DNA of 64,000 nucleotides from Nitrospiraceae bacterium (GCA_050246315.1 JBFWWG010000001.1:416001-480000); one strand, 5' to 3'. Positions 18,907 through 30,820 are shown, counted from the first letter of the stretch. Notes: generated from the sequence alone by a model not told the origin. Made by a program: numbers and translations.

Positions 18907-19388
18907 CGCTCGGGTCTCCGCACGCCCGTCTCGCAGTCGACTTGGCGGTTTGCCCACGAACCGTCATGAACGATGCGGGGTGGGACGACGCATCCGTTGC
19001 ACAAGGATTGGCCGCTCTCCTGGAAATGGGTTGAGGAGAGCAACCGGTGTTGAGCGGAGACGTTCGCAAAGCTCCAGCGGGTCAAGACCACGATCCTCCA
19101 CGGACTGCAAGACACGGTCATCCCGCCGGCCGGCAGTTGGCGTTTCGCCGAAGAGGTCTTGCGACGAGATCCGAAATTTCCGATTGAGCTGCTGCTCAGG
19201 TTTCCCGCTTCAGTTGTCTGGAGGAAATTACCGACGAATTGAAAGTTAGATTAGTCGAGGAGCTCGGGATCTGATTCTCACCGCCAAGTCGATACGGTTC
19301 TTCCTTCCCGGCTTGTTGTGAAACATCCGAAGCTTTTGTTATCGTGAGAGCTTCCTCCTTTTCCCATTGCTGCCACAACTGAGGAACC

Positions 19389-21071
19389 ATGGGCACAAAC
19401 GATAAACAGGTGATCTTCTCTTTGGTCGGAGTCGGCAAGGTCTATCCGCCGAAAAAACAGGTCCTGCGGGATATCTATCTGGGCTTTTATTACGGCGCGA
19501 AGATCGGTGTACTGGGATTGAACGGTGCCGGCAAGAGCAGTCTGCTTAAGATCATTGCGGGGGTGGATCAGAACTACACTGGCGAAGTGACCCGGTCGAA
19601 GGGATATACGGTCGGGCTGCTCGAACAGGAACCGCAGCTCGATCACAAGAAAACGGTCAAGGAAGTGGTTGAGGAGGGCAAGGCCGAATTGGTGGCGCTG
19701 CTCCATGAATATGAGGCGATCAGCAACAAGATGGGAGACGCCTCGCCGGACGAGATGGAAAAGCTGCTCGATAAGCAAGCTCAGTTGCAGGAGAAGATCG
19801 AAGCGGCCAACGGCTGGGAATTAGAAAACGAGCTGGAGGTCGCGATGGACGCACTCCGCTGTCCGCCGGCGGATCAGAAGGTCGGCGAGCTGTCGGGTGG
19901 TGAGAAGCGTCGGGTGGCGCTCTGTCGCCTGCTCATCCAGGAACCGGACATTCTGTTGCTGGATGAGCCGACCAACCATTTGGACGCGGAATCTGTGCAG
20001 TGGCTTGAACAGCACCTCCAGCAATACAAGGGCACAGTTATCGCCGTGACGCACGATCGCTACTTCCTTGATAATGTCGCGGGCTGGATTCTCGAACTGG
20101 ACCGTGGCCACGGCATTCCGTTCCAAGGTAACTATACGTCCTGGCTTGAACAGAAGCAGGAACGGCTGGAGAAGGAAGAGAAGGCCGAGTCCAAACGCCG
20201 CAAGACTCTGGAGCACGAATTGGAATGGATTCGGATGTCGCCGAAGGCGCGACAATCGAAGGGCAAGGCCCGCCTGAACCGCTACGAGGAACTCGTCAAT
20301 CAGAAGCAGGACGAGCGGACGGAGGATCTGGAAATCTACATTCCGCCCGGCCCGAGACTCGGCGACGTCGTTGTCGAGGCCACGGGTATCAGCAAGGCCT
20401 ACGGGGACAGGCTGCTCTATGAGAATGTGAACTTCAGCCTTCCCAAAGGCGGGATTGTCGGCGTAGTCGGTCCGAACGGGGCAGGCAAGACCACGATGTT
20501 CCGCATGATCATCGGCAAAGAGAAGCCGGACACAGGGACGATCAAGATCGGTGACACGGTCAAGCTCGGCTACGTGGACCAAGATCGGAGCCTCGACGGA
20601 GCCAAGACCGTGTACGAAGTCATTTCCGACGGACAAGAGACGATCAAACTGGGCAAGGTCGAGGTCAATGCGCGGGCCTATTGCGCCCGCTTCAACTTCG
20701 CCGGGACGGACCAGCAAAAGAAGGTCAAGGACCTCTCGGGCGGCGAACGCAACCGGGTGCATCTGGCCCGTATGCTGAAAGAAGGCGCCAACCTTATCAT
20801 TCTCGACGAACCGACCAACGATCTCGATGTGAACACGCTGCGCGCGTTGGAAGAGGGATTGGAAAGTTTCGCGGGCTGCGCCGTGATCAGCAGCCACGAC
20901 CGGTGGTTCCTGGATCGCCTCGCCACCCATATCCTGGCGTTTGAAGGAGAGAGCCGGGTCGTCTGGTTCGAGGGGAACTACAGCGACTACGAAGCGGACC
21001 GAAAGAAGCGCCTTGGCAAGGAAGCCGATCAACCCCATCGGATTCGATACCGCAAGCTGACCCGAGGCTAG
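19389..21071 (+). CDS. ettA: Energy-dependent translational throttle protein EttA (ABC-F)
   Basis: Two ABC domains; [51 protein letters not shown]. Confidence 0.96.
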   Translation: MGTNDKQVIFSLVGVGKVYPPKKQVLRDIYLGFYYGAKIGVLGLNGAGKSSLLKIIAGVDQNYTGEVTRSKGYTVGLLEQEPQLDHKKTVKEVVEEGKAELVALLHEYEAISNKMGDASPDEMEKLLDKQAQLQEKIEAANGWELENELEVAMDALRCPPADQKVGELSGGEKRRVALCRLLIQEPDILLLDEPTNHLDAESVQWLEQHLQQYKGTVIAVTHDRYFLDNVAGWILELDRGHGIPFQGNYTSWLEQKQERLEKEEKAESKRRKTLEHELEWIRMSPKARQSKGKARLNRYEELVNQKQDERTEDLEIYIPPGPRLGDVVVEATGISKAYGDRLLYENVNFSLPKGGIVGVVGPNGAGKTTMFRMIIGKEKPDTGTIKIGDTVKLGYVDQDRSLDGAKTVYEVISDGQETIKLGKVEVNARAYCARFNFAGTDQQKKVKDLSGGERNRVHLARMLKEGANLIILDEPTNDLDVNTLRALEEGLESFAGCAVISSHDRWFLDRLATHILAFEGESRVVWFEGNYSDYEADRKKRLGKEADQPHRIRYRKLTRG

Positions 21072-21243
21072 ACATCTCTAATGCCGGTGTAGTAGAGGAT
21101 CGCACATTTTCTGAGGCGATGATCTCCCCTGCCCATTGAGGTCGGCCCGGACGGTAGAGACCGTAAAGACGGTGGAAACGACCGACCAGGGTGCGGTGAC
21201 GCCACGGGAACGCGGAAAAATCAGACAATCAGGAGGTAGGGTC

Positions 21244-22098
21244 ATGTTGGCAGCGCTTGCAAAACTACCGATCCCGTCGTGGCTCAACCGGATATCCATG
21301 GAGCCTCCCTTTCGCTACCTGACCAAGGTACTGCTCAAGAAGGTACCCGTCTCAGTCAGGACGAGGGAACTCTGGGGCATTTCGTCTCGGCCCGGTTATC
21401 TCTTAGGGCTGCTCAACGGGGCGGTGCTGGCTCGGTACTAACAGGTTCCCGAAATCTGCGCGCTGGAATTCGGGGTTGCAGGGGGACAGGGTCTCCTTGC
21501 TCTTCAGTCCGAGGCCGAAGCCATAGAGAAGGAAACCGGCGTTGGGATCAAGGTCTACGGATTCGACCGCGGGAGCGGGCTACCCAACATGATCAACGAT
21601 TATCGGGACCATCCGGACTATTGGAAGCCGGGAGATTTTCCGATGGATGTGAGTCGCCTCCGTCCTCAGCTACAGGCCAGGACCCAGTTGATTTTGGGTG
21701 ATGTAGGGGAGACGGCGCGAGAATTTGTCGAGAGCATTCAGACTTGCCCCATTGGGTTTATCTCGTTCGATCTCGACCTCTATTCTTCCACTACCCATGC
21801 CCTCACAGTTCTTACTCACCCTCAGAAGCGGATGCTCAGGCAGGTTCCACTCTATTTCGACGATGTCATCGAGAGCTTCGTCAGTCACCGATTCGCCGGA
21901 GAGCTTTTGGCCATCGATGAGTTTAATGAGGGGAGTGAGGCCGTCAAGATTGATCAGTGGCGAGGTGTGAAGTGCGGGCGTCCCTTTCCCGGAGAAGCGT
22001 ATCTCGACAAGATGTATATCGCCTATGATCTCGACGCGATCAGCGTGGCGAAATTAGAAAGAGAGGTCCGTCGGCTGCCGCTCGAAGGCATCGTGTGA
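21244..22098 (+). pseudogene. SAM-dependent methyltransferase-like gene (TylF/MycF-like) split by an in-frame TAA
   Basis: AGGAGG RBS; one frame throughout with TAA at 21439-21441; LEFGVAGG, VYGFD and ISFDLDLYSST follow the stop. Confidence 0.65.
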
Positions 22099-22421
22099 CC
22101 GAATCACGGTAGTCCGCTGACGCAGACGCGTCCTCTGAGCAGGCTCGCCGGAGCGGACCGATCAGTCATTCCCCACATTCGGTGATTCTCACCGGTTCGA
22201 CCCAGATATTCGCGGGTCAGGTCAGGCCTCCAATCCTGCGCGCCTGCGAGAAGAGATGAGAGGAGCTTTCCTTGCTAAGAGGGCAGGGTTTCTCAGAGTG
22301 TTGTCTCTCTATTGCAGGTCAGACATCGTCACGGTAAATCAGCGGGCAGAGGTGGTGGTGAGGCGTACCACGATGACGGCGAAGCGAGACTAAAATACAG
22401 GAGACTTGCGTGAGAGGATTG

Positions 22422-22901
22422 ATGGATAGACGAGGCAGATCCCGACTCTGGATCCTGGGCGCGGTGCTGTCGTTGATCGGCGCCGCGATCGATGGATGTT
22501 CACAGATGCCGCAACAGACGATGCCGCCCCCGGCCGCTTCCGTCACGGACGGGGAGGGGGCGTTCACCGCTCTTGCAGGCTCATGGGAATATGAGGAAGG
22601 AACGGCCGTCGTTCCCCTGGAAATCGACCGTAGTGGGATCGGGACCTATCCGTACAAGGGTGGGCGATTGATCACTGACAGGTTGGATGATCATCAGTGG
22701 CGAGGGCGATGGTATCAAGAGGAGAACGACCGGGAAGGAGGATTTGAGGTCATTCTCACACCGGATTTGTCGGAAGGGGAGGGACGTTGGTGGTATACCC
22801 GAATCGGTCGCGACCAATCCCCGACCGAGAAGGGCGGCACCTTTCACCTCATGCGATCCGAAACATCCTCCGGCCCGCCGGTGGCGATGCCCGCCCGGTA
22901 A
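22422..22901 (+). CDS. Hypothetical lipoprotein
   Basis: Signal peptide ending IDGC; beta-rich W/G body. Confidence 0.7.
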   Translation: MDRRGRSRLWILGAVLSLIGAAIDGCSQMPQQTMPPPAASVTDGEGAFTALAGSWEYEEGTAVVPLEIDRSGIGTYPYKGGRLITDRLDDHQWRGRWYQEENDREGGFEVILTPDLSEGEGRWWYTRIGRDQSPTEKGGTFHLMRSETSSGPPVAMPAR

Positions 22902-23048
22902 GTGTTTTCTCCTCCCCACCATTCCGGTATCATCGTGCTGTTCGCCGATCCGCTGGACGATGACAGCCGTTCGGGTTGCTCTTCATCAACAATGCCGACA
23001 GGCGAGACCGCAAATAAGACGACCGGGGAGTGGAGCCAAGGCTGGTTC

Positions 23049-23960
23049 ATGGGCATCACATCATACAACCGTGCCCCCACTGTGGTGGTGACGGGGGCCG
23101 GCGGCCTGATCGGGAGCTACCTGGTTGGAAGTGCGGTCCGATGGATGCCGGACTGGGAGGTCGTCGGTCTCACCAGATACGACCTGGATCTCACGGATCG
23201 GTCCGCCGTGAAGGAGATGTGGCAACGGCTCCAGCCAGGAGCAATCGTCCATTGCGGCGCCATCAGCAAGGCCCTCGCTTGTGACCATGATCCAGAACTG
23301 GCCAGACGGGTGAACGTCGAGGCCACCGGCCACCTGTCGGATCTGGCGTCCGCCGCTGGCGCCCGCTTGGTATTCTTGTCGACCGATCATGTGTTCGACG
23401 GACACCAGGGGTTCTATCGGGAAACCGATCCGGTGAGCCCTCTGACGGTCTATGGAGAAACCAAAGTCGCCGCAGAGCGGGTGGTCCTCGCGCATAAGCA
23501 GCACCTCGTTCTACGTACCTCTCTCAATGCCGGATTGTCGCCGACCGGTGATCGAAGCTTTGTGGAGGAACTGATCCTGGCCTGGCGGGCGCGACGGTCA
23601 CTCACACTGTTTACGGATGAATATCGTTGCCCCATTCCCGCCACCGTGACCGCGCGGGCTATCTGGGAGCTGATCCGCACGGCTCCTGGGGGGCTGTATC
23701 ACCTGGCTGGCCGGGAACGATTGTCGCGATGGGAGCTTGGTCAGTTCATCGCATCGCTCTACCCGGAACTTGAGGCCTCGCTCATGCCCGGTACGCTTCG
23801 CGACTATGTCGGGCCTCGGCGCTCTCCGGACCTCTCGTTGAATTGTGACAAGGTCCAGCGCTGCCTGTCGTTCGAGCTCCCTAGGTTTCAAGCCTGGCTG
23901 CAGAGACAACGGGGGATCCCGACCAAGGATCTCTGGCGTCCCGACAATGAGGCGAACTGA
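23049..23960 (+). CDS. dTDP-4-dehydrorhamnose reductase-like SDR
   Basis: VTGAGGLIG, STDHVFDG, YGETK. Confidence 0.88.
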   Translation: MGITSYNRAPTVVVTGAGGLIGSYLVGSAVRWMPDWEVVGLTRYDLDLTDRSAVKEMWQRLQPGAIVHCGAISKALACDHDPELARRVNVEATGHLSDLASAAGARLVFLSTDHVFDGHQGFYRETDPVSPLTVYGETKVAAERVVLAHKQHLVLRTSLNAGLSPTGDRSFVEELILAWRARRSLTLFTDEYRCPIPATVTARAIWELIRTAPGGLYHLAGRERLSRWELGQFIASLYPELEASLMPGTLRDYVGPRRSPDLSLNCDKVQRCLSFELPRFQAWLQRQRGIPTKDLWRPDNEAN

Positions 23961-24754
23961 TGCCCACGGATCCGCTGGCCCTCATCCTTTGGGCCTACGT
24001 GGTCTCCGTCATCGTCATGACGCTGCTCTGGTGGATGCAACGGATCGTGCGGAATGCGTCGATCGCGGATGTGGGGTGGTGCGTGACGCTATCCGGCGTC
24101 GTCCTGTGGTATGCGGTGCATGTGTCGGGAGCACCGGAGCGCAGGCTGTTACTGGCGCTCTTCGCCGCTGGCTACGGGCTGCGCCTGGGACTGGCCATCC
24201 TGGTCACGCGGGTGCTGGGGCAGCCAGAAGATCCGCGGTACGTACGGTTGAGACAGCAATGGGGAGCCGATAGTGAACGGAACATGTTTCTCTATTTTCA
24301 ATTCCAAGCCGCGGCCGTGCCATGGTTCTCGCTTCCATTCCTTGTGGTCATGCAGAATCCTCAGCCGACCTTCAGCCTGTGGGAGTATGCTGGTGTCGGC
24401 CTATGGCTGGCTGGGGTGATCGGAGAAACCGTCGCGGACGCGCAGTTGGCCAATTTCAAGCGGCAACCGTGGAATCGATCGCACGTTTGCCGGATAGGCC
24501 TGTGGTACTATTCGAGGCATCCCAACTACTTTTTTGATTGGGTGCACTGGTGGAGCTATGTGGTCATGGCCATCGACCTCCCCAATGGATGGCTGACCTG
24601 GGCCGGACCTGCCGCCATGGGATGGGCCTTGCTCAAGGTGACCGGAGTGCCTCATGCGGAGGCGCAGGCGCTGCGCTCGCGGGGCAACGAGTATCGACAC
24701 TATCAGCTCACCACCAATGCCTTCATTCCCTGGTTTCCACGGCGCAACGAATGA
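23960..24754 (+). CDS. DUF1295 membrane protein (steroid 5-alpha-reductase-like)
   Basis: NASIADVGW, EDPRY, GLWYYSRHPNYF, YQLTTNAFIPW. Confidence 0.9.
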   Translation: MPTDPLALILWAYVVSVIVMTLLWWMQRIVRNASIADVGWCVTLSGVVLWYAVHVSGAPERRLLLALFAAGYGLRLGLAILVTRVLGQPEDPRYVRLRQQWGADSERNMFLYFQFQAAAVPWFSLPFLVVMQNPQPTFSLWEYAGVGLWLAGVIGETVADAQLANFKRQPWNRSHVCRIGLWYYSRHPNYFFDWVHWWSYVVMAIDLPNGWLTWAGPAAMGWALLKVTGVPHAEAQALRSRGNEYRHYQLTTNAFIPWFPRRNE

Positions 24755-24788
24755 GATGAGCTGGATGAGAGTGTAATTGGAGCGGTGT

Positions 24789-26252
24789 ATGGGGCAGCCG
24801 AATTGGGATGAATTGGCCGAGTTGGCGCTTGCACGTGTTCGAGCCGCCGGGGCCGAGTACGGGGACATTCGCATCGTGGAGAGTCGGACGGAGACAGTCC
24901 GGGGCGAAGATCGACGGCTTGCCGAGGTTCGCGATAGCCGCGACGGCGGCTTCGGCGTTCGGGTGCTCTATCAGGGTGCTTGGGGGTTCGCCGCGAGTGC
25001 CATCCGTTCGCTCGAAGAGGTTCCACGGGTAGCGGAACTTGCGATCGAGATTGCCAAGGGGTCGGCCAGCTTGACGAGGGAGCCTGCGAAATTGGCGGAG
25101 GAACCGATTCATCGTGATGCCATCGTGACAGCACGTACCATCGATCCGTTTTCGGTTTCACTTGAGCAGAAGGCGGCGACGCTGATGGAGGTGATGGAGT
25201 CGCTGCACCGACAACCCGGGATTGTGAGATGTCGCACGCAGTTGTGGGTGCGTCAGGACATGAAGTTGTTCGTCTCGACGGAAGGCTCACGGATTCACTT
25301 TGATTTATTGGCCGTGCAGGGAGAGTTGGAGGCGACCGCTATCCATGACGGCCGATTCGCTTCCCGGAGCTACAGTACGCCCCATCTTCGGACCGGCTAC
25401 GAATTGATCAACCAGGCCGATCTCGTCGCCGAAGCCCCGCGGGTGGCTGCCGAGGCTGTCGAAAAGGTAAAGGCTCCGACGGTCCAAGCGGGCACGTATG
25501 ACCTGGTGCTCGATCCTGAACATCTGTCGTTGACCATTCACGAATCCTGCGGTCATCCCAGCGAATTGGACCGGGCGCTCGGCTACGAGGCCAATTATGC
25601 GGGCACAAGCTTCTTGACCACCGACAAGCTGGGAACCTTTCGCTACGGATCCCGGCACGTCACGCTCGTGGCGGACAATACCGAGCCGGAAACGCTGGCG
25701 GCGACTGGTTACGACGATGATGGGGTCGCCTGTCAACGGTGGGACATCGTGCGGGATGGTCTGTTCGTGGGCTATTGCACCAACCGTGAGGTTGCGCCGA
25801 AGATCGGGGACCGCCGATCTCGTGGCTCGAACCGGGCTGATAGCTGGGCCAGCGTCCCGATTGTGCGGATTGCCAATGTCGGGCTGCTTCCCGGCCGTGC
25901 CTCGCTCGACGATTTGCTGTCGGACGTCCGGCGTGGCATCTACATCGAAGGCCATGGCTCCTACAGCATCGACCAGCGCCGCTACAATTTCCAGTTCGGC
26001 GGGGATGCATTTTGGCTGATCGAAAATGGGAAGCGAACCCATATGCTGCGCGATGTGGTGTATCACGACATCACCCCTGAATTTTGGCATCGTTGCGACG
26101 GTGTGGCCGATGAGCACTTCCGCCGACGGTACGGGTTCATCACCTGCGGCAAGGGCCAGCCGGGGCAATCCGGATGGATGACGCATGCTGCCTCGCCCGC
26201 TCGGTTTCGGAGAGTAAGCGTGATCCGTGGGGCTGGAGACAAGACGTCATGA
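24789..26252 (+). CDS. tldD: TldD metalloprotease subunit
   Basis: HESCGH motif, ELDRALGYEANYAGTSF, CGKGQPGQ. Confidence 0.92.
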   Translation: MGQPNWDELAELALARVRAAGAEYGDIRIVESRTETVRGEDRRLAEVRDSRDGGFGVRVLYQGAWGFAASAIRSLEEVPRVAELAIEIAKGSASLTREPAKLAEEPIHRDAIVTARTIDPFSVSLEQKAATLMEVMESLHRQPGIVRCRTQLWVRQDMKLFVSTEGSRIHFDLLAVQGELEATAIHDGRFASRSYSTPHLRTGYELINQADLVAEAPRVAAEAVEKVKAPTVQAGTYDLVLDPEHLSLTIHESCGHPSELDRALGYEANYAGTSFLTTDKLGTFRYGSRHVTLVADNTEPETLAATGYDDDGVACQRWDIVRDGLFVGYCTNREVAPKIGDRRSRGSNRADSWASVPIVRIANVGLLPGRASLDDLLSDVRRGIYIEGHGSYSIDQRRYNFQFGGDAFWLIENGKRTHMLRDVVYHDITPEFWHRCDGVADEHFRRRYGFITCGKGQPGQSGWMTHAASPARFRRVSVIRGAGDKTS

Positions 26253-27559
26253 GTTCGGGCCTCACGAGTCGGCAGGAGTTTGAGTTTCTCACCGACCTGG
26301 TGCTGAAGCATTCGTCGGGAGACGATACAGTGGTGTCCCTCTGGGATTCGATCGGCGGGACGACCCGCTTTGCCAACAATCAGGTCATTCAGAATGTCAA
26401 TGCACGGCGAGTCACTTTGACGGTCACGGTGGCGTTCGGCCGCCGGCGGGGAACGGCGAGCACGACCGAGCTCACCGCGGGCGCGGTCCAAGATGCCCTC
26501 AAACGGGCGGAACGCATCGCCAGGGTGTCCCTGGAGGATCCCGAATATCTTCCGTCGCTTCCTCAGCAAACCTATCTGGCGGTGCCGAGCTGGCGGGCGG
26601 AAACTTCTTCCGCTGGACCGGCGCGTCGTCTGGCAGACGCGCGAAGGATAATCGAGATGTGCCAAGGAGAAGGTCTGAACGCCGCGGGTATCGTGGCAAC
26701 CAGTGATGGAATTGCGGCTCTCTCGACGAGCCAGGGGTTACGTGCGTACGAGCCGCGGACGGAGGCCCGTTTCAGCGTTACCGTCATGGACGACGATGCC
26801 AGCGCCTGGGCGTCTAATGCTCATCGATCCTGTGACCAGCTTGCCATCGAAGAACGGACGCGCCTCGCCGTCAGAAGAGTCAAATGTGCCGGAAGTCCCA
26901 GGGCGCTCGCCCCCGGCCGATATACCGTCGTGCTGGAGCCTGCGGCCGTAGCCGGCTTGCTGAGTTGGATGATTTGGCTGCTGGATGCCAAGTCATATGA
27001 GAAAGGCACCAGCCCATTCAGCGGAAAGCTGGGATACCCGCTGATCGACCCTCGATTGAATCTGCACAATTTGCCACTGCATCCGGACTTGTTGGGGATG
27101 AGCTTTGACTCGGATGCGGTGCCAAGTCGCGAGTTGCTGTGGATTCAAGACGGCATGCTGAGGCAGCTCGGCTACGATCGGTTCACAGCCCACACAAAAG
27201 CCGTACCCCCAATCAGTTTACCGGAGGCGCCCTGTCTCTCAGGCGACGGAATCGGTGACGATCTGATTGCGACAACCGAACGGGGTATCTTGGTCAGTAA
27301 CCTCTGGTACCTCCGCGTCGTCAACCTCACGGACCTCACCTTGACGGGCATGACTCGGGACGGGACATTCTTGATCGAAAATGGACAGATTGCAGGTGCG
27401 ATTCACAACTTCCGCTTCCACGACAGTCCCGTACGGGCGTTCTCAAATCTCGAGGAGTGTACTCACCCTGCGGAAGCCGTCACAGCAGAGACAGGAAAAA
27501 TGCTCGTGCCCGCCATGCGGATCCGTGATTTTCATTTTTCCAGTACGACCATTTTCTGA
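26249..27559 (+). CDS. PmbA/TldE family protein
   Basis: TRFANN, PGRYTVVLEPAAV, LTGMTRDGTFLIENG; coupled to tldD. Confidence 0.9.
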   Translation: MSSGLTSRQEFEFLTDLVLKHSSGDDTVVSLWDSIGGTTRFANNQVIQNVNARRVTLTVTVAFGRRRGTASTTELTAGAVQDALKRAERIARVSLEDPEYLPSLPQQTYLAVPSWRAETSSAGPARRLADARRIIEMCQGEGLNAAGIVATSDGIAALSTSQGLRAYEPRTEARFSVTVMDDDASAWASNAHRSCDQLAIEERTRLAVRRVKCAGSPRALAPGRYTVVLEPAAVAGLLSWMIWLLDAKSYEKGTSPFSGKLGYPLIDPRLNLHNLPLHPDLLGMSFDSDAVPSRELLWIQDGMLRQLGYDRFTAHTKAVPPISLPEAPCLSGDGIGDDLIATTERGILVSNLWYLRVVNLTDLTLTGMTRDGTFLIENGQIAGAIHNFRFHDSPVRAFSNLEECTHPAEAVTAETGKMLVPAMRIRDFHFSSTTIF

Positions 27560-27720
27560 CACGTCCGGGTGGCATGTCCAACGAGGTGCAGAGCAGATTG
27601 TTGCAAGGGATCAACGACAGGAGCATGTCAGGGTCTGGTCGCTGACGGAAGCATCATACTCGAAATGATCGATTCCGAGGAAGTTGCGGAGGAGCGCAGG
27701 AGATCATGGCGAGAGAGCGT

Positions 27721-28596
27721 TCATTCCTCTGGACGCGTCAACAGTGTGGAAAGGTTCCGATTCATGGTCTCGCTGGCCTCGTAGAGTGCGTCCTTGAGTG
27801 CGTCGTGAGTTGTCGTCAGGTATTCACGCCCGGAATCCGACTCCAGGAATTCGGCATAGCGCTCCATCTCCGCGTCGGTCAGGGTTTGATAGGTCAGAAG
27901 GAACGTCGCGACGGTGATCCGTTGTGATTGCGACCGAAGCTTCGGGCGGGCTTGATCAATTTGCACACGAAGGCGATCGATCCCCAACCGTTGGTCGACC
28001 GGCCGAGAGGCGTCCAAAACCGTTGCGACTCCAAAGGCCGAAGCCTCAGACAGATCGACCAGCGTCTCCGTCGCGTTGGTCGAATAGTCGAGACGACGGA
28101 CCAGTTTGAGGCGAGCCGCCTGGGGCGAATTCCTCTCCAGTTTGTCGAGGTCGATCTTTTCAAGCTGTGCCACAACCTGTTCAATCTGCTTTACCGACGA
28201 GACCCATCCCCGCTCCTCAAGCGCGCTGATCTTTCTCCCAAGGTCTGTCTGGAGCCACGCTACTATTTTGCCCGCCGTTTCTTTGGATAGATCCTTCGAC
28301 ACCTTGGCTGTCACGCGGCGCTCGATCTGATTGGCATCGAAGGCCTGCACCAGCGCCCGCCGCACGACGGCCTGACGTTTCGTGGCCAAGTTCCTGCTGC
28401 TGCTTCGGTCAAATCCGGCTAGCACATAATTAGGGATGGCATGGATCTGCTGTTGAACTCCCGTAAAACGTAGGACTTTGCTTGCCCGGACGGCACTTCC
28501 CTCAAAAACCTCCGCCGAGCTTGTATAGCCTGAGGTGATCCAAACGGCAGAGAGAGCACTGATTATGGCCACATGCCAGATTCTCATAACTCCCAC
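27721..28596 (-). CDS. Hypothetical secreted protein (DUF2059-like)
   Basis: Signal peptide; WLQTDLGRKI and LTDAEMERYAEFLESDSGR motifs. Confidence 0.7.
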   Translation of the reverse strand: MGVMRIWHVAIISALSAVWITSGYTSSAEVFEGSAVRASKVLRFTGVQQQIHAIPNYVLAGFDRSSSRNLATKRQAVVRRALVQAFDANQIERRVTAKVSKDLSKETAGKIVAWLQTDLGRKISALEERGWVSSVKQIEQVVAQLEKIDLDKLERNSPQAARLKLVRRLDYSTNATETLVDLSEASAFGVATVLDASRPVDQRLGIDRLRVQIDQARPKLRSQSQRITVATFLLTYQTLTDAEMERYAEFLESDSGREYLTTTHDALKDALYEASETMNRNLSTLLTRPEE

Positions 28597-28897
28597 CTCA
28601 GACTCGTAGCTGACGGCTGATTAGCACAGCCACCTGTGGACTAGTTCCAGCCGGTTCATACAATTATAGCCTGCCTTGAGGAGGCGGCAAGCTGCCCGTC
28701 ATCGGCTTCCAGTTCACGGTGTCGACTGAAGTGGGCGATTGATCTCGAAGGCATGGTTATGTCATTTGCTACACTTTCCAGGTTGACCGATTATGCAATC
28801 ACCAGTGGACAATTTATCTGAGGATGACAGGTTGCCATTAGACTCGAACAGAGGCGCGGGTGTCACGATCGACACAGACTGATGGGCGAACACTCAC

Positions 28898-29281
28898 ATG
28901 AGGGAGGAGAACATGCCGCGAAAAGCCACGGCTCAGGCCTCACAGCAGAACATCATTTCGATTGGAGCGGAGAAACGTCGCAATCTTCGGTATCCGGTTC
29001 AGTATCGGCTCCGGTACACCGGCAAGATTGGGAGCAGACATGTACGTGGCGAAGGGGTGTTGGTCGATGTGTCTCTCGAAGGATGCGGAATACAAGGAAG
29101 CTGCCCAGTTGAACAAGGACATCTGTTGACCCTTCAGATTGACCTTCCCCAGAAGAATCTTGTCATGACCTTGGAGCATGCTATTGTCCGATGGGCAAGC
29201 GGAGGCCGTTTTGGGATCGAATCCCCCGAATGTAGTCGACTTGCAGCGCAACTGGGGCTTGTACCCGCGGTGAACGACTGA
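28898..29281 (+). CDS. PilZ domain protein
   Basis: EKRRNLR and DVSLEG c-di-GMP motifs. Confidence 0.85.
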   Translation: MREENMPRKATAQASQQNIISIGAEKRRNLRYPVQYRLRYTGKIGSRHVRGEGVLVDVSLEGCGIQGSCPVEQGHLLTLQIDLPQKNLVMTLEHAIVRWASGGRFGIESPECSRLAAQLGLVPAVND

Positions 29282-29571
29282 TTAGCATGCTTCGCCGCCA
29301 GGTCACTCAACGGAGGGTCATCGGTTACGGAGGTTGTCGGCTCCAGACGAGACCCATTTCCCCTGCTAGAGGCTACCAGCTTTGCTTGTTGAGACACATC
29401 TCTCAGGCCTACCCGCTCCGATAGAGACCAGTTCCTCCTCGGATACTCCCACTAAATAGAGGAGCTTCCTGCTCCTTATGGAGGGTAGCGCTTTTCTGCT
29501 GGTCACATAAGCTTTACTGAGCGTTGGAGAGCGGGACCAGCGAGTGGCGGAGAAGGACAAGGAGGAGGACA

Positions 29572-30009
29572 ATGACGAAGCCAGAATGCTCGCAACAGTC
29601 GGAAGTTGACGCTTGCCAGGTTCAAGCCCTGCCCGAACAGCGTCGCGGTCAGCGTGTCGCTGATCCTTGTTATCTCACCTATTCAGGTGTGTCCGAGGAA
29701 CGAGTCGTTGTCGGGGAGGGAGCCGTAATCGATCTGTCCACCGAGGGATTCGGAGTTGAGGGAAGCCGAGAGGTTCAACCCGGCGCATTGCTGACGCTTT
29801 GCATTTGCCTCCCGGATGGAGAAATGCCGATCCTCATCGAGGAAGTTCGGGTGGCATGGGTGAGCGGGAAGCGATTCGGTGTGCAGTCTCTGGCGATCGG
29901 TCATGAGGAACGAAAGCGACTGATAGGGTTTGTCTGGAAGTACCTCGCACAGGGCGGGAGGAATATGCCGATGAGTATCTCCCTACCATGGGTGGCTGCG
30001 GCTGTGTAG
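29572..30009 (+). CDS. PilZ domain protein
   Basis: EQRRGQR and DLSTEG; AGGAGG RBS. Confidence 0.85.
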   Translation: MTKPECSQQSEVDACQVQALPEQRRGQRVADPCYLTYSGVSEERVVVGEGAVIDLSTEGFGVEGSREVQPGALLTLCICLPDGEMPILIEEVRVAWVSGKRFGVQSLAIGHEERKRLIGFVWKYLAQGGRNMPMSISLPWVAAAV

Positions 30010-30516
30010 ACTTTTTCGGTCCGGTTCGCCACCGCAATTGGTTGGTTGCGATCGAGTGATTGCAGCCAACCCTTGGGTATACTACTCTTCGTCTACACGC
30101 AAACCATGGCCGAATCGGACCCAAGAGCTATTCCATCCGTGACACAGAGTCTAGCCTGGACTGCGGCTCTCTGAGGAGCGATCCCTCACATCCACTTTAG
30201 GGTCGGTGCAAGTCTGTCTTACAACCTCGCTCCGGAATTGGTTCATATTGCGCCTTCTGCGGAAGAGGCGGTTCAGATGATCAAAGATCTACTCTGGCGT
30301 CCAATTTTCCGGTCTTCAAAGTGGACGAAGAAGGCGCATTTGATCGGCTAGCTCGATCCTCTCAACAATCGCTGCAAGCAACCAGCTCGGCCCGGTCCGA
30401 AACCACATATCCGCCACAGGCTATCTCGTTGACCTCCGCGGCCTCGTGGACCTAATGCACGAAACATCGTTGTACTCGATAGTGACGCAAGGAGCCTCCG
30501 TTCGTCAGCGGTCTAG

Positions 30517-30820
30517 TAGGTTATTGAAATCGTGCTTCTTAGGACGCGGACCTCATCATGATCAGGATCTGACTCATGGATTCACGCACATGGGTGCGTC
30601 GCCCGACCCGCTTGGATCTTGCGTGCCGAGCTCTTGCAGTGGCGGCTATCGTCCTCTCATGCCGATGTCGGCCACGGCCTCAGGCGAGTCAGGCGCACCA
30701 GATTGTAGGCCGCGCCGACGAGGTAGGCGACATGCTGTGTGCGCACGACGCTGGCGAATGCCGTCAGCGGCCATTCGAAGATCCCGTCCACCCATTTGCA
30801 GATCCGTTGACTGAGTAGGA
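30517..30820 (-). mobile_element. IS5-family remnant (3' end of transposase plus terminal IR)
   Basis: Minus strand SQRICKWVDGIFEW...AYLVGAAYNLVRLTRL; ends TTTCAATAACCTA next to CTAG (30513-30516). Confidence 0.6.

Noticed and set aside
24789..27559. TldD/PmbA as part of a RiPP cluster
   Set aside because: No precursor peptide, YcaO or radical SAM gene adjacent; the pair is commonly stand-alone.
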